Shown here one piece after another: positions 10,517 through 20,818 of a stretch of 64,000 bases of DNA. The notes beneath the pieces were generated by a model, which had not been told where the DNA came from, searched no databases, and saw nothing but the letters and a program-made list of their open reading frames with translations. The translations under genes were made by a program, and so were the position numbers. This DNA comes from a virus. Lineage: Duplodnaviria; Heunggongvirae; Uroviricota; Caudoviricetes. The stretch spans positions 163,384 to 227,383 of IMG/VR virus record IMGVR_UViG_3300028888_000051; one strand, given 5' to 3'. Every line of letters starts with the position of its first letter. Position 1 is the first letter of the stretch.

Positions 10517-11551
10517 ATGCTAAATGGAATTAAAAAAGCTAAAATTTCTAAGCGCACAAATAGAAAGCAAAATTTTAAAAAGTTTATAGAATCTAATTAT
10601 ACTGATATTCAAGCTTTTTTAAATGCATGTCATAATGATGAAGATTTGCTTATTTATACATGTCTTAAGCCAAATGAATTACAAGAAATTATTGAAAAAA
10701 TTAAACCATTAAAAACATTAGAAGAAAAGATAGATTATTTAGTTAATAATCAGCCAATTATGAATTCTGATCCAGAACGATTTGATAGATGTGTACAATC
10801 ACTTGTAATGTATCTTAAAGGATATATTGAATATAATGGATATAAATTAGCTAATTCTAATGGTAATTATGAAGACCAGGCAGCTGAATTTTATCTTAAA
10901 TATGTAAAAATTTGTAATTTTTATCGTACTCGTTGGTTTTATCCAGAAACATTAAAAAAAGCATCAACTGTACAATATAATCCAATGCTTTATAAAGAGT
11001 TTTTATATATTATAAGACTTTCTATTTCTGGTGATAGAAAGCATAAAGCTTTTTTAGCAACACAAGATGAAAATGCTTCAATTTTTAAATTATCACTTGA
11101 TTCTAAGATAGATGATGGTAAAGGTGAAAAAAGATTAGGAGATGTTGTTCCAGATACACAGCATAGTATTGAATATACTCAAAATATAACAGAAGTGAAT
11201 AATATTTTAACAAAAGCATTAAGATTAATTAAAGAATATCCAGATGCTGTAAAAAACTATAGTAAAATAAAAGAGTTTTACGAAAAACAAGATCCAATAG
11301 GATTTGATAAAAAAACAGTATTACTCGGAAAAATATTTTTATATAAAGCTGGTTTAGTCAGTCCAAAAATTTTACAATTTATAAAATCATTATCTTCAAC
11401 ATATAAATTAAGATATAATATTTCACAAGCACGTATTAATGCACAGATTCAAGAACAAAAGAAGATAATGACAGGAAAACCAATAAAAAAAGTAAAGACT
11501 GAAGATTTGACTTATAAAGAATTAATTTTTAAGAAAAGAGGAGAGCTATAA
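10517..11551 (+). CDS. hypothetical protein (344 aa)
   Basis: ATG ORF with aaagggaa RBS; no family recognised. Confidence 0.5.
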   Translation: MLNGIKKAKISKRTNRKQNFKKFIESNYTDIQAFLNACHNDEDLLIYTCLKPNELQEIIEKIKPLKTLEEKIDYLVNNQPIMNSDPERFDRCVQSLVMYLKGYIEYNGYKLANSNGNYEDQAAEFYLKYVKICNFYRTRWFYPETLKKASTVQYNPMLYKEFLYIIRLSISGDRKHKAFLATQDENASIFKLSLDSKIDDGKGEKRLGDVVPDTQHSIEYTQNITEVNNILTKALRLIKEYPDAVKNYSKIKEFYEKQDPIGFDKKTVLLGKIFLYKAGLVSPKILQFIKSLSSTYKLRYNISQARINAQIQEQKKIMTGKPIKKVKTEDLTYKELIFKKRGEL

Positions 11552-11552
11552 T

Positions 11553-12092
11553 ATGACTAAAGTAAATATGATTGTTGCTATTGGTCCAGATAATATAATT
11601 GGATATAGTAATAAATTAGCTTGGCATTCAAAAAAAGATCTTGAGCATTTTAAAAATATAACTTTAAATAGACCAGTAATATTTGGAACAACAACTTTTT
11701 TTGGTTTACCTAAATATCCATTACCAAATAGATTAAATATTGTATTAGATAATAGTGAATATAAAGTATTTAATATCAATGCCATAAATGATAATAAAGG
11801 TGGTTGGATTGAAGCAACTTCAGTTGAAAGTGCCTTAGAATTTTGTAAAAATTTTGATAATATATTTATTTGTGGAGGAGCATCTATTTATAAATATTGT
11901 TTAGAAAAAAATTTAATAGATTGTGCATATATAACAAAAGTGAATTGTAAATTAGAAAATAGAGATGATTATATAAAATTTCCATTTGATATTAATAGAT
12001 ATTTAAATTATGAAAAATGGGATGCTAAATTAGAAGAAACAGTTTTTGATGAAGAAATTCAATTAGAATTCTGGAAATATATTAAAAAATAA
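11553..12092 (+). CDS. folA: dihydrofolate reductase
   Basis: IVAIGPDNIIGYSNKLAWHSKKDLEHFKNITLNRPVIFGTTTF matches DHFR N-terminal fingerprint (LPW..DL..FK..T..PV[IV]MGR.T). Confidence 0.85.
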   Translation: MTKVNMIVAIGPDNIIGYSNKLAWHSKKDLEHFKNITLNRPVIFGTTTFFGLPKYPLPNRLNIVLDNSEYKVFNINAINDNKGGWIEATSVESALEFCKNFDNIFICGGASIYKYCLEKNLIDCAYITKVNCKLENRDDYIKFPFDINRYLNYEKWDAKLEETVFDEEIQLEFWKYIKK

Positions 12093-12133
12093 TCTATAAG
12101 TTCTAAATAATGTCAATTGTTTTATAATTGATA

Positions 12134-12184
12134 GAAGAGTAATTAAGGTTTCCCCCTCCTTTCCCTGATTACTCTTCTTTTTTA
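12134..12184 (+). terminator. rho-independent terminator after folA
   Basis: GAAGAGTAAT ... ATTACTCTTC stem with C-rich loop, followed by TTTTTTATATT. Confidence 0.65.
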
Positions 12185-12299
12185 TATTATTATAGTCTTA
12201 TATACAGTTATTTTTGCATAGTTTTCTTATTTAATCTAAAAATAATCTTCTAAGTTCTAAATAAACAAGTAACATTTATAAAATTTTAAGTATGTTAAA

Positions 12300-13250
12300 A
12301 TGATAGTTGGACAAAAAAGAATAATACATCGTTTTATACGACCAATAGCTGATTATGAAGAAGGTGGAATTTATTATAATCAAGTTATACCTATTGATAC
12401 ACAAGCTTATGCACATTATCCTAAAGAATATGGTAGAGATTATAATTTATGGTATGTATTTGGCGATGGTGTTCATACCTATACTGAAATTAGAGACGGT
12501 AAAGGTCTTGTTGATACAGCTAAAGAATATCCAATCTTTACACAAGAATATATAGAATCATTTGTTACGTTTGATAAATTATATGAAATACTAGATGAAG
12601 AACTCGTTGCCGAAAATATAAAATATCAAAATGAATATGATGATTATAAAAACGTTAAAGAAGGTTTAGATGCACTTCTTTATAAAGAGCCTATTGTTAC
12701 ATTATCTGGTGGTAACATATATGAAAAAGGAACTGTAGTAGATACAGTTAATTTAACTTGGGAAATAACAAAACCAGTTCGTTCACAAATATTGTTACCA
12801 GATATTGGAGATATAGATAGTAATTTAAGAGAATATACAATTGAAAATGCAAATATTTCTGAAGATACAACATTTAGTTTAATCGTAAACGATGGACAAA
12901 CAGCAACAATTGGTGAAACATCAATTATTTTTAAAAAATATATTTATTATGGTAGTTCAGCTACATTAAATTTAACGAATGAAGAAATATTAACTTTTTC
13001 AAAAAGTTTTGAAACAATTACAGAAAATTTAATAACTTTTGATTGTTCTGGTGGAAAGTATTTATATATAGTTATTCCAACAGAATATTTGAATAATATT
13101 ATACTTAAAATAAATGGATTTATTTTCAATGATGTTACAAAATCTGAAATAAATCTTATAAATGAAAGTGGATATGAATCAAGCTATGTGATTTTAAAAT
13201 CGAATAATATTCAAACATATAGTAATCTTAAAATGGAGTATTGTATATGA
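12300..13250 (+). CDS. hypothetical protein (316 aa), possibly virion/tail-associated (precedes tail fiber gene)
   Basis: ATG ORF; position only. Confidence 0.5.
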   Translation: MIVGQKRIIHRFIRPIADYEEGGIYYNQVIPIDTQAYAHYPKEYGRDYNLWYVFGDGVHTYTEIRDGKGLVDTAKEYPIFTQEYIESFVTFDKLYEILDEELVAENIKYQNEYDDYKNVKEGLDALLYKEPIVTLSGGNIYEKGTVVDTVNLTWEITKPVRSQILLPDIGDIDSNLREYTIENANISEDTTFSLIVNDGQTATIGETSIIFKKYIYYGSSATLNLTNEEILTFSKSFETITENLITFDCSGGKYLYIVIPTEYLNNIILKINGFIFNDVTKSEINLINESGYESSYVILKSNNIQTYSNLKMEYCI

Positions 13251-13696
13251 GTGATCTTTTGGGAACAAATATAGCAACCGGCATAGTTCCTTTTACTACA
13301 GAAGATGTATACCCTACACATTACTCTGAATATGGAAAAGGTGGCTGGAAACAAGTAGCTACAATAGTAGAACGAGATGCAATTTCATTAGAAAGACGTG
13401 AACTTGGAATGGTAGTATATGTTTTAGAGGAAAATAAAACTTATACACTAAAAGAAGGTCTATCAAATGAATATTGGGTTTTAATGATGCCAGTAAACAG
13501 CGGTGGTACATATATTCATACACAAGGTATTGCTTCTGCAACATGGGTTATTGAACACAATCTAGAAAAGTATCCTAGTATTACAGTAGTTACATCTTCT
13601 GGAACAATTGTTGAAGGAGATGTAGCATATAATAGTAAAAATGTTATCACCGTAACATTTAATGGAGCTTTTAAAGGAAAAGCCTACTTAAACTAA
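13247..13696 (+). CDS. hypothetical protein (about 149 aa; track start 13241 is TTG, ATG at 13247 more likely)
   Basis: ATGA overlap with upstream ORF stop. Confidence 0.5.
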   Translation: MSDLLGTNIATGIVPFTTEDVYPTHYSEYGKGGWKQVATIVERDAISLERRELGMVVYVLEENKTYTLKEGLSNEYWVLMMPVNSGGTYIHTQGIASATWVIEHNLEKYPSITVVTSSGTIVEGDVAYNSKNVITVTFNGAFKGKAYLN

Positions 13697-13755
13697 TTTA
13701 TTAATATTGTATGTGCAATATTAATTAAACTTAAACAAAATGGAGAAAAAGACAA

Positions 13756-15501
13756 ATGTCTAAAAAGTTTTTAGTTGATATTGACCTTAACGGTAATGAA
13801 TTGCAAAATGCCGTAATACAAAATCTGGCTTCTGCTCCTGAAAATCCAAAAGAAGGTCAACATTATTTTAATACTGTAGATGAGGTAGAATATTATTGGA
13901 ATGGCACACAGTGGATTAATGTTGCTGGTGATTATACATTTAAAAATGGTATTGAACAAGTTTCTGGCACACGTGATGTTCAGATTAAAGTAGCCACTGG
14001 TAATGCTGCTGGTAATATTGCAATTACTGCTAATACAGATGGTTTAGCGGCAACAGTTGCAGATGCTTCAACTACTACAAAGGGTATTATTGAAATAGCA
14101 ACTGATCAAGAAGCTGCTACAGGTACTAGTGAAGTTTTAGCAGTTAATCCAAAACAATTGGCAACAAAAGTTGATAAATTGACTTCTGGACCAACTGCCG
14201 GTACATATACTAAAGTAACAGTTAATAGTGAAGGTCAGGTTACTGCTGGTACAACTATTACCTTATCTGATGTTACTGATATCACTGCAACTGCTGCTGA
14301 AGTTAATATTTTAGATGGTATTACAGCAAATACATCTGAATTAAATATTTTAGATGGGGCCACTTTAACTACAACTGAATTAAACTATGTTGATGGTGTT
14401 ACTTCATCAATTCAAGATCAATTAGATAGCAAAGTTGCAAAAAATGCTGATATTACAGCTTCTACGACTGGTAAAACAATAATTACATATGATGCAAAAG
14501 GTCTTGTTACTGGTGGATCAGAAATTAGTATTGATAGCAATTCAACAAATTATTTAGAATTTGATACAATAAATCATAATATTAAAGCTAAAGTTGATAC
14601 TACAGTTACAGATCAATCAACCAAATTAGTAACATCTGGAGCAGTTTATACGGCTATTACAAATGCTTTAGTCGGTGGTGTTATTTATCAAGGTACTTGG
14701 GATATTACATCAGCTACTGATTTTTCTGGTATTACTCTTCCTGTTAAAAAAGGATATTTATATTATGTAATTGGTACAGGTCCTAAAACTATTGGTGGAA
14801 TCGAATGGAATGCTGGTGACTATTTATTAGTTAATGATGATGTTGATGTAGGTGGATCATTAAGTGGAAAAATTGAAAAAATTGATAACTCTGAAGCCGC
14901 TGATATTGTAAGATTAAATGCCATTCAAACTTTAACTAATAAAACAATTGATGCTGATGATAATATAATTTCTGATTTAACGACTACTAATTTAAAATCT
15001 GGTGTATTACAAACAAGTATTCGTGATGCTTTGACTGCAACTGATACTTCTTTGGCTTCAGAAAAAGCAATTCGCACAGAATTGGATACAAAACAAGATA
15101 AAGTTACTACAGCTGTTGAAAATAATTTAGCCATATGGAATGCTTCGGGTAATACAAAAGATTCAGGTAAAGCATTTGTAACAAGTATTGGTCCTTCTAG
15201 TGGAACTGGAGCAGCTACTGATAATCAAATTCCAACAGCTTTAGCTACTAGATCTGCAGTTGATACAGCGATAAGTAATAGTAAAACAACAATTAGTTGT
15301 CCAACATTAACTGCTTCTTCTGGTGTTGCTACATGGTCAATAACAGGTTTAGCAAGTGATCCTTATGCAATTACTATATTAGATTCATTAAATAATGAAG
15401 TTATTGCAGATATAACTTATGGAACTAAAGCAGCTACTATTATGTTTAATACAACAACAAATATTGAAGCTGATAGTTTTGTTGCAAAAATACTCATGTA
15501 A
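13756..15501 (+). CDS. tail fiber protein
   Basis: N-terminus MSKKFLVDIDLNGNELQNAVIQNLASAPENPKEGQHYFNT is the conserved phage tail-fibre N-terminal motif; T/G/A-rich repeats (EVNILDGITANTSELNILDGATLTTTELNYVDG). Confidence 0.7.
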   Translation: MSKKFLVDIDLNGNELQNAVIQNLASAPENPKEGQHYFNTVDEVEYYWNGTQWINVAGDYTFKNGIEQVSGTRDVQIKVATGNAAGNIAITANTDGLAATVADASTTTKGIIEIATDQEAATGTSEVLAVNPKQLATKVDKLTSGPTAGTYTKVTVNSEGQVTAGTTITLSDVTDITATAAEVNILDGITANTSELNILDGATLTTTELNYVDGVTSSIQDQLDSKVAKNADITASTTGKTIITYDAKGLVTGGSEISIDSNSTNYLEFDTINHNIKAKVDTTVTDQSTKLVTSGAVYTAITNALVGGVIYQGTWDITSATDFSGITLPVKKGYLYYVIGTGPKTIGGIEWNAGDYLLVNDDVDVGGSLSGKIEKIDNSEAADIVRLNAIQTLTNKTIDADDNIISDLTTTNLKSGVLQTSIRDALTATDTSLASEKAIRTELDTKQDKVTTAVENNLAIWNASGNTKDSGKAFVTSIGPSSGTGAATDNQIPTALATRSAVDTAISNSKTTISCPTLTASSGVATWSITGLASDPYAITILDSLNNEVIADITYGTKAATIMFNTTTNIEADSFVAKILM

Positions 15502-15528
15502 GAGTAATCTTTGTTTTTGTTATTTCAA

Positions 15529-15560
15529 GAGAGTCATATTTCAGACTCTCTTTTTATTAT
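15529..15560 (+). terminator. rho-independent terminator after tail fiber gene
   Basis: AGAGAGTC atatttca GACTCTCT followed by TTTTTATTAT. Confidence 0.7.
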
Positions 15561-15626
15561 AATATAAAAGTTCTATAAAATAAATATGTTTAAACAGTTT
15601 TTAATTAATAAAATTAGGATCCTATA

Positions 15627-18611
15627 ATGTCAGAAAAACAATTACTTATCGAATCTTCTGATTTTAATCTTACTTGTAATTTATCAGAAAAAGACAGAGA
15701 AAATTTAACTGAATCTTTAAAAATTTCTGCAGGTAAACATGGTAATTTGATTGTCAAAAATATTCCATGTACAATACTTGATAGACGTAATCAAAATGGA
15801 CGTATATATCCTACAGCTTTAATGCAAAAAGCAATTAATGAAGCTATGCCAAAAATGAAAGCTAAAATGTTAGTGTGTTCTGCTTCTGAGCATCCTTCTG
15901 GAAGTTTTTGTGAACCAGCTAATATTTCACACGCTGTTATTAATGCATATATAAAAAATGTTGAAATTGAAGTTGAAGGTAAAAAAGAAAGACATAATGT
16001 ACTTTTTAATGATTGGGAAGTATTAAATGAAAAAAGTCAAGTTGCAGCTCATGTTCAGCAATTAATTTTATCTGGATTTGGTATAGGTACATCTATTCGT
16101 TCACTAGGTTCTTGTGATCCAGATGGTACAGTAACAGAATTAGAATATTTAGGAACTGATATTGTAGGACAACCTTCATCTTCTACTTATGTTAATATGC
16201 CAATTAATGAATCAGTAGAAGTAACAACAATTCCTTTAACAGAAACTTATGTTGTATCAGCTTCTGCTACAAATGTTGTAAGAGATTTAGATTCTGCATT
16301 AGCATTATCTCAACAAATTGATTCTGCTAATTTTGGTACTGTAAAAAAGACTTCTACAAAACTTGATTCTGAGGTTGATCCTAAAACGGGTGCAGAAACA
16401 ACAATGGTTACATTAGAAACTGAAACAGAAGATGAAGTATCAGAATTAGATCAAGCATTAATGATGGCTAAACAAGCCATGTTAAATGGAAAAGCTGATA
16501 TTGATTCTGTTACAATAGAAAATATTAAAGAAGAACAACCAAAAGAATCTGTTGAAAACAAAGATGATGAAAAAGCATTAAATGAAGAGAATAAAATAAC
16601 AGAAAATCATTTTGCTCCTTTACCTCATATTACTTCAATTACAAATCATATTTTATTGAATTATCCAAAAGAAAGCGAAGCTTATAAAGTAGCTTTACAT
16701 ATTCAAAATGATTTAATTACTAATAGATTAAAAGATAGACAAGCAGCTTTAGAAGAATTAAAAAAATATGTAGATATAACTAAAGACGAATATGTACCTG
16801 AATCTGTTATGAATGAAGTAGGTGTTGATAAGTTAATGGATGAAATTCGTAACATTATGTATAATGAAGGTTTGTCTCTTGAACAGGCTTGTCGTAAATA
16901 TTGTGAACATCATGAAAATATTCCATATGAATATGTATTGGAATATATGAGAACAAATCCAGTTACTGAATCAATTACAGAAGCTAAAGAAGAAAAGCAA
17001 GAAGATCCAAATGAAGGTAAGCAATATGTTTTGAAAACTTCTCAGGGTTTTGTTGCTATGGATGGTAATGCTATTTCATTTGTAGATAATCCTAAAGAAG
17101 CTATTCATTTTATTAAGGGTAAAGAAGAATCAGGAGTTGTTCATTTATCTGGAATTAATAAAATTCTTGAAACAATGGGTATATATGATGTACAAAAATA
17201 TTTTAAAAAAGGTACAACAGATATTTCCGCACCAAATGATATAAATATACAAAATGCCAAAAATGCAGGCATCGAAGTTAAAGAGTGTGGTAATATAGAT
17301 ATGCCAATGACTGAAGATAATGGCTCAAATACACGTTTTAAAGCTACTGTAAAAATTACTGATGAAAATGGAGAGTCTTCTGAAGATATTCCTGTTTCAG
17401 CAATTGATATGGAAGGTATTAATGCTGAAATTTCTAATCTTTATGATATGAAAAAACAAAAAGGTAATCCAGTTATCACTGTTACAGATACTACTTCTGG
17501 TCAACAATTTACATATAATCCAGAGTCTCGTCAAATTGAATTAATGAATATACAAACTGAAGCGAGTGGTGATTTAGAGCAAGATGGAAATAAACTTTCT
17601 ATGGAAATTGATGATAACAATAAAGTAGAAAAAGAATTTAATTCACCGGTACAAGCCGCAGTTGCAAAAGCAGGTATTGAAGCAGGCAAACTTGGTGGTG
17701 ATGTTCTTTTGAGTGAAGATGATGAAGATTCAGATACAGCTAAATGTGCATGGTGTGGTGAAGAATTTGAAAAATCTGCATTACGTAAAGAGAAAGATTT
17801 AGGTTATCTTTGTAACACTTGTGCAAAAGGAATTCAATCAAGAGAAGGTTCATTAACATTTGAAGAAGATTTAGCAAATGATCCACATATTTATAATCAA
17901 GGAAAAGATGAAATAGATAATGGTCAAGAACCTAATATGAATAAAATTGCGGATTCTATTCGCTATATTGCTAAAAAAACTGATTGCTCACTAAAAGATG
18001 CAATGGATATCTATGAAAAGATTACAGGTTTTAAATTTGATGAAAAAGATTCTATTTCAGAAGAAGTTCATAGACCAAATTATGAAGATATAGAACCAGG
18101 ATGGTATGCAGGAGCTCAAAATATTGGTGTTACTGGACCTTATGAATCAAAAGAAACATTGCTTGCAGATTTAGGTGAAGTAGCAGATAAAATTGATATT
18201 GAATATATTTCACCAGAAGATTTAGGGCTTGCTGCTGAATCATCTAAAATAGATGAAGTATTATATAATAAACCTAGTAAGGCTTCTGATCCATTAATTA
18301 AAACACCATTAGAAGAAGATGATGATGAATCTCCAGCGGTAAATATTTTATTTAAAAATATTGATTGGAATACTAAAGACTTTATGAATTCTATGATGGC
18401 TAATATGGAAAATGATGATCCTGTTAATATAGAAGATATAAAGTCAAAAGTAAAAGATTTACCAGATGAAGCAACTATTACTGTTAAAGTTAATGAAATA
18501 CCTTTATCTGATGATAGTTTACTTGAAAAATTTTTATTTGATAAACTTGGTAAAAAGTATGCCATGAAAGTAAATAATGCAGAAATGGCAAATATAAGTT
18601 GGGCAGTATAA
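15627..18611 (+). CDS. large acidic hypothetical protein (994 aa) with internal Cys4 zinc-ribbon (CAWCG...CNTC)
   Basis: long ATG ORF; AGTTCTATAAAATAAATA motif 41 nt upstream. Confidence 0.55.
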   Translation: MSEKQLLIESSDFNLTCNLSEKDRENLTESLKISAGKHGNLIVKNIPCTILDRRNQNGRIYPTALMQKAINEAMPKMKAKMLVCSASEHPSGSFCEPANISHAVINAYIKNVEIEVEGKKERHNVLFNDWEVLNEKSQVAAHVQQLILSGFGIGTSIRSLGSCDPDGTVTELEYLGTDIVGQPSSSTYVNMPINESVEVTTIPLTETYVVSASATNVVRDLDSALALSQQIDSANFGTVKKTSTKLDSEVDPKTGAETTMVTLETETEDEVSELDQALMMAKQAMLNGKADIDSVTIENIKEEQPKESVENKDDEKALNEENKITENHFAPLPHITSITNHILLNYPKESEAYKVALHIQNDLITNRLKDRQAALEELKKYVDITKDEYVPESVMNEVGVDKLMDEIRNIMYNEGLSLEQACRKYCEHHENIPYEYVLEYMRTNPVTESITEAKEEKQEDPNEGKQYVLKTSQGFVAMDGNAISFVDNPKEAIHFIKGKEESGVVHLSGINKILETMGIYDVQKYFKKGTTDISAPNDINIQNAKNAGIEVKECGNIDMPMTEDNGSNTRFKATVKITDENGESSEDIPVSAIDMEGINAEISNLYDMKKQKGNPVITVTDTTSGQQFTYNPESRQIELMNIQTEASGDLEQDGNKLSMEIDDNNKVEKEFNSPVQAAVAKAGIEAGKLGGDVLLSEDDEDSDTAKCAWCGEEFEKSALRKEKDLGYLCNTCAKGIQSREGSLTFEEDLANDPHIYNQGKDEIDNGQEPNMNKIADSIRYIAKKTDCSLKDAMDIYEKITGFKFDEKDSISEEVHRPNYEDIEPGWYAGAQNIGVTGPYESKETLLADLGEVADKIDIEYISPEDLGLAAESSKIDEVLYNKPSKASDPLIKTPLEEDDDESPAVNILFKNIDWNTKDFMNSMMANMENDDPVNIEDIKSKVKDLPDEATITVKVNEIPLSDDSLLEKFLFDKLGKKYAMKVNNAEMANISWAV

Positions 18612-18672
18612 AACAGTTCTAATTTAATAGTAAATAATTTTTATTAATCTAGATTTTAAGGAAAAACATATT

Positions 18673-19386
18673 ATGACAAAAGAAGAATTTTTACGTCTTT
18701 TAAGTGAATCTGAAGTTAAAAATGCTGAAGATACGCTTTCTAATATTGAAACAAAAGAAGTTAAAGATGTTGAGCCTGCTGAAGGTATTAAAGGTTTAGA
18801 TTCTGAATTACCTACACAGAAAGATATCGAAAAAGAAGTAGCAAAAGATGAGGGTCCGGTTGTTCCAGCTGATAAAGATGGTGTTTCTAAAAACGGTGGT
18901 GAATGTGACTGTTTAGAAGCTGGTAAAATTGAAGCAGAACGCAAAAAAGAAGATAATAGCATGAAAGATGTTATTAACGTTTCTAGTCGTAAAGTTGAAG
19001 AAAATAGTGAAGTAAGTAATGAATTGTTAGCTCAACTGAAAGAAGCTGCTGCTCGTGAAGAAGCTATGAAAAATCAAATTACTGAAATGAAAAAACTTTG
19101 TGAAGAAGCTTTATTAGCTCAAGAAGCAGACTTAGTAAAGACTCACGCAAAAGAAATGAAAAAAGTATTTGAAGCAGTAATTGCTGAAGGCGAAAAATTT
19201 GAAAAAACTTTAACTGAATCTTCTGCTAAAAATGAAAAATTATATAAGAAAGCTCAAAAGATGTATGAAAGCTCTGCAAAATTAAATAAAATTTTGTTAG
19301 AAGCAGTAAAGAAATCTCAACCTGAACAAAAAATGGTTCGTTATCAATCTGCTACTGCAAGAGCTATGGCTTCTTTGCGTAAGTAA
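18673..19386 (+). CDS. acidic coiled-coil protein (237 aa), possibly scaffold/internal protein
   Basis: E/K-rich heptad-like sequence; motif AGTTCTAATTTAATAG upstream. Confidence 0.45.
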   Translation: MTKEEFLRLLSESEVKNAEDTLSNIETKEVKDVEPAEGIKGLDSELPTQKDIEKEVAKDEGPVVPADKDGVSKNGGECDCLEAGKIEAERKKEDNSMKDVINVSSRKVEENSEVSNELLAQLKEAAAREEAMKNQITEMKKLCEEALLAQEADLVKTHAKEMKKVFEAVIAEGEKFEKTLTESSAKNEKLYKKAQKMYESSAKLNKILLEAVKKSQPEQKMVRYQSATARAMASLRK

Positions 19387-19416
19387 TATATTAAATATAT
19401 TGCATTTTATTTTCTT

Positions 19417-19451
19417 AAAAAAGGATCGGTTATTTTATCGATCCTTTTTTA
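19417..19451 (+). terminator. rho-independent terminator
   Basis: AAAAAAGGATCG gttattttat CGATCCTTTTTT. Confidence 0.8.
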
Positions 19452-19472
19452 AACTAATTTAAGGTATAATGT

Positions 19473-20246
19473 ATGTTTATAAAAATAATTAAATTCATGT
19501 TTAGTTGGTTTAATAAAAAAGAAAAGATCGAAGAATCAAAACCTGTTGAAGTACAAGAAAAACAGGAATCAAAACCAATTACAGTATCAATTGAAAAAGA
19601 AAATGAAAAAATTAAATTAACATGGTTATTTTTACGTGAAACATTATATAAAGTTAATAATAATCTTAATAAGAATGATTGTGATTATTATTATGAAGCT
19701 TTAAATAAAATACTTCCTCAATATGAAATTAATACTAAACTCAGAGTTTGTCATTTTTTGGCACAAATTTTACATGAAAGTGGGCATTTAAAATATAAAT
19801 CTGAAAATTTAAATTATTCTGCGAAAGCTTTACGTTCTGTTTTTGGCAAATATTTTAAAACAGATGAAATCGCAAAAGCATATGAAAGAAAGCCAGAAAA
19901 AATTGCTAATAGAGTATATGCTAATCGCATGGGTAATCGTAATGAAGCGAGTGGTGATGGGTATAAATTTCGTGGGCGTGGACTTATTCAACTCACTGGA
20001 GCTAACAATTATAAGATTTGTGGACAAGATTTAGGTTTAGACTTAGTAAAAAATCCAGATTTAATTATATCTGATCCAGAAATTTGTGTAAAAACAGCTT
20101 GTTGGTTCTGGAATAAGAACAAATTAAATGAATTAGCAGATAAAGATGATATAAATGCTATAACAAAATGTATTAATGGTGGCTTAAATGGAATCGATGA
20201 TCGCCGTAAAATATTAAATTTAGCTAAAGATAAAATAAATATATAA
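19473..20246 (+). CDS. glycoside hydrolase family 19 (chitinase-like) endolysin with about 75-aa N-terminal extension
   Basis: HFLAQILHESG and GRGLIQLTGANNY catalytic-region motifs of GH19; N-terminal hydrophobic MFIKIIKFMFSWF. Confidence 0.75.
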   Translation: MFIKIIKFMFSWFNKKEKIEESKPVEVQEKQESKPITVSIEKENEKIKLTWLFLRETLYKVNNNLNKNDCDYYYEALNKILPQYEINTKLRVCHFLAQILHESGHLKYKSENLNYSAKALRSVFGKYFKTDEIAKAYERKPEKIANRVYANRMGNRNEASGDGYKFRGRGLIQLTGANNYKICGQDLGLDLVKNPDLIISDPEICVKTACWFWNKNKLNELADKDDINAITKCINGGLNGIDDRRKILNLAKDKINI

Positions 20247-20336
20247 AAATGGAAAAATTTTGAGCTATTTTTTTAAAATATATAAATTCTAATATAGAGA
20301 AATAGTTTATGTATAATAAAGGAAATAATTATAACT

Positions 20337-20813
20337 ATGGCGAATAGATTTATACCAGATGATTATGATCATAATTTAGAAAACGAACTATTTGATGAAG
20401 AATGGTACACTAAAGTTTCTAATGCTATAAATTATACTTTTGACATATTAGAAAATAATAATAAAAGAATTGTTATCAATAAAGAAACTATTGCAAAAGC
20501 TATTATTGATTATAATATAGAAAAAAAACTCAGTGAAAATATTGATAATTTACCAATTCCTACTTTATTAGATTGGTCTAAAGCAAATAGTGTACAAATA
20601 TTTGATGAATTTGCTTCTATAGTATGTCTTTGTAATAAAAATGATAAATTTAAAAGACATGTTGTTAAAATAATATGTAATAATAATAAATCAGCTATCG
20701 AACAATTTAAATTTTGGGAAAAAGTTAATAATGAAGAAAAAAATAATACAATAATTTTAGATAAAATTCAAAAAAATAATACAATAATTTGTATTATCAA
20801 AAGAAGGACTTAA
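20337..20813 (+). CDS. hypothetical protein (158 aa)
   Basis: ATG ORF; AATTCTAATATAG motif upstream. Confidence 0.5.
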   Translation: MANRFIPDDYDHNLENELFDEEWYTKVSNAINYTFDILENNNKRIVINKETIAKAIIDYNIEKKLSENIDNLPIPTLLDWSKANSVQIFDEFASIVCLCNKNDKFKRHVVKIICNNNKSAIEQFKFWEKVNNEEKNNTIILDKIQKNNTIICIIKRRT

Positions 20814-20818
20814 ATTTT

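Noticed and set aside
16900-16930. CEHH tetrapeptide (FolE GTP cyclohydrolase I hallmark) inside the 994-aa ORF
   Set aside because: It is an isolated tetrapeptide in a large acidic protein with no surrounding FolE motifs (no QERLT-like segment).
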